Source: Octopus bimaculoides
Lineage: Eukaryota
Direction of reading: 5' to 3'
DNA: 64,000 nt
Assembly (NCBI RefSeq): GCF_001194135.2
Contig: NC_068984.1
Coordinates: 16,065,389 to 16,129,388, forward strand
How positions within the stretch are numbered: the stretch's first letter is position 1; every line of letters begins with the position of its first letter. This document shows, in pieces, positions 63,175 to 64,000 of the stretch. Position numbers and translations under genes: made by a program. Under the pieces are notes generated by a model. That model worked only from the letters and a program-made list of their open reading frames with translations, was not told the DNA's origin and did no database searches.

Positions 63175-63822
63175 ATTTTTTCTACTCTAGGCACAAGGCA
63201 CGATTTTTTGGGGGAAGGGCCAGTCAATTAGATCGATCTCAGTATGCAACTGGTACTTAATTTATCGACCTTGAAAGGATGAAAGGCAAAGTCGACCTTG
63301 GTGGAATTTGAACTCAGAATGTAGACAGACAAAATACCACTAAGCATTTCACCCAGCGTGCTAACGTTTCTGCCAGCTTGCTGCCCTCATAGAAATATTC
63401 TTTTCTACTTTAGGCACAAGGCCTTAAATTTTGGGGGAGGCGGCCAGTTGATTAGATCGACCCAGTAGTCAACTGGTACTTAATTTATCAACTCCGAAAG
63501 GATGAAAGGCAGAGTCGATCTCGAAGGAATTTGAATTCAGAACGTAAAGACAGACAAAATACTGCTAAGCATTTCACCTGGCGTGCTAACCTTTCTTTAT
63601 TGCCCGCAAGGGGCTAAACATAAAGGGGACAAACAAGGTCAGACAAAGGGATTAAGTCGATTACATCGACCCAAGTGCGTAACTGGTACTTAATTTATCG
63701 ACCCTGAAAGGATGAAAGGCTAAGTCAACCTCGGCGGAATTTGAACTCAGAACGTAGCGGCAGACAAAATACTGCTAAGCATTTCGCCCGGCGTGCTAAC
63801 ATTTCTGCCAGCTCACCGCCTT
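63175..63822 (-). mobile_element. Three head-to-tail SINE family B copies
   Basis: The core ctggtacttaatttatcga..ggatgaaaggc..gaactcagaacgta appears three times. Confidence 0.85.
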
Positions 63823-63880
63823 TCATAATATGGATAATAGTGTGAGATTTCAGTTGGTGAACACAAGAACAGTACATGAG

Positions 63881-63923
<43 letters not shown>

Positions 63924-64000
63924 GAGAATATACAAATAATAACAACAGACGAGGACAGGTGGTGTAAATAACAAAAGTATATATTAGTATATATCAATAA

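Overview
AT-rich, repeat-dense animal genomic DNA with several N gaps. The repeat landscape looks like Octopus or another coleoid cephalopod, which is an inference from the repeats only. Almost all ORFs in the supplied track are microsatellite or transposon artefacts. By reading splice sites and phases by hand I assembled one large intron-rich gene on the minus strand. It has 22 GT-AG exons between 63040 and 1852, 3466 nt, about 1155 codons, no stop codon, and is open at both window edges. The predicted domain order is: two cupredoxin/plastocyanin-like repeats lacking the type-1 copper Cys/His/Met ligands, one chitobiase C-terminal (CHB_HEX_C / Fn3_assoc)-like domain, two FN3 domains, a long low-complexity linker with internal coding repeats, and four more FN3 domains. 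I do not recognise a named gene. The introns hold three tRNA-headed SINE families, many (GAT)n-tailed RTE 3' ends, and fossils of RTE, CR1/L2-like, R4/Dong-like, Penelope, mariner and Chapaev3-like elements. They also hold Helentron/HINE-like elements and several fold-back MITEs. Other notable items are a ~99% identical inverted duplication bracketing exons 14-15, two decayed hammerhead-ribozyme motifs (one inside a tRNA-headed SINE), a CpG-rich possible antisense first exon at the window start, and an unexplained hairpin-rich CpG insert. All domain and family calls come from motif recognition, not database searches.
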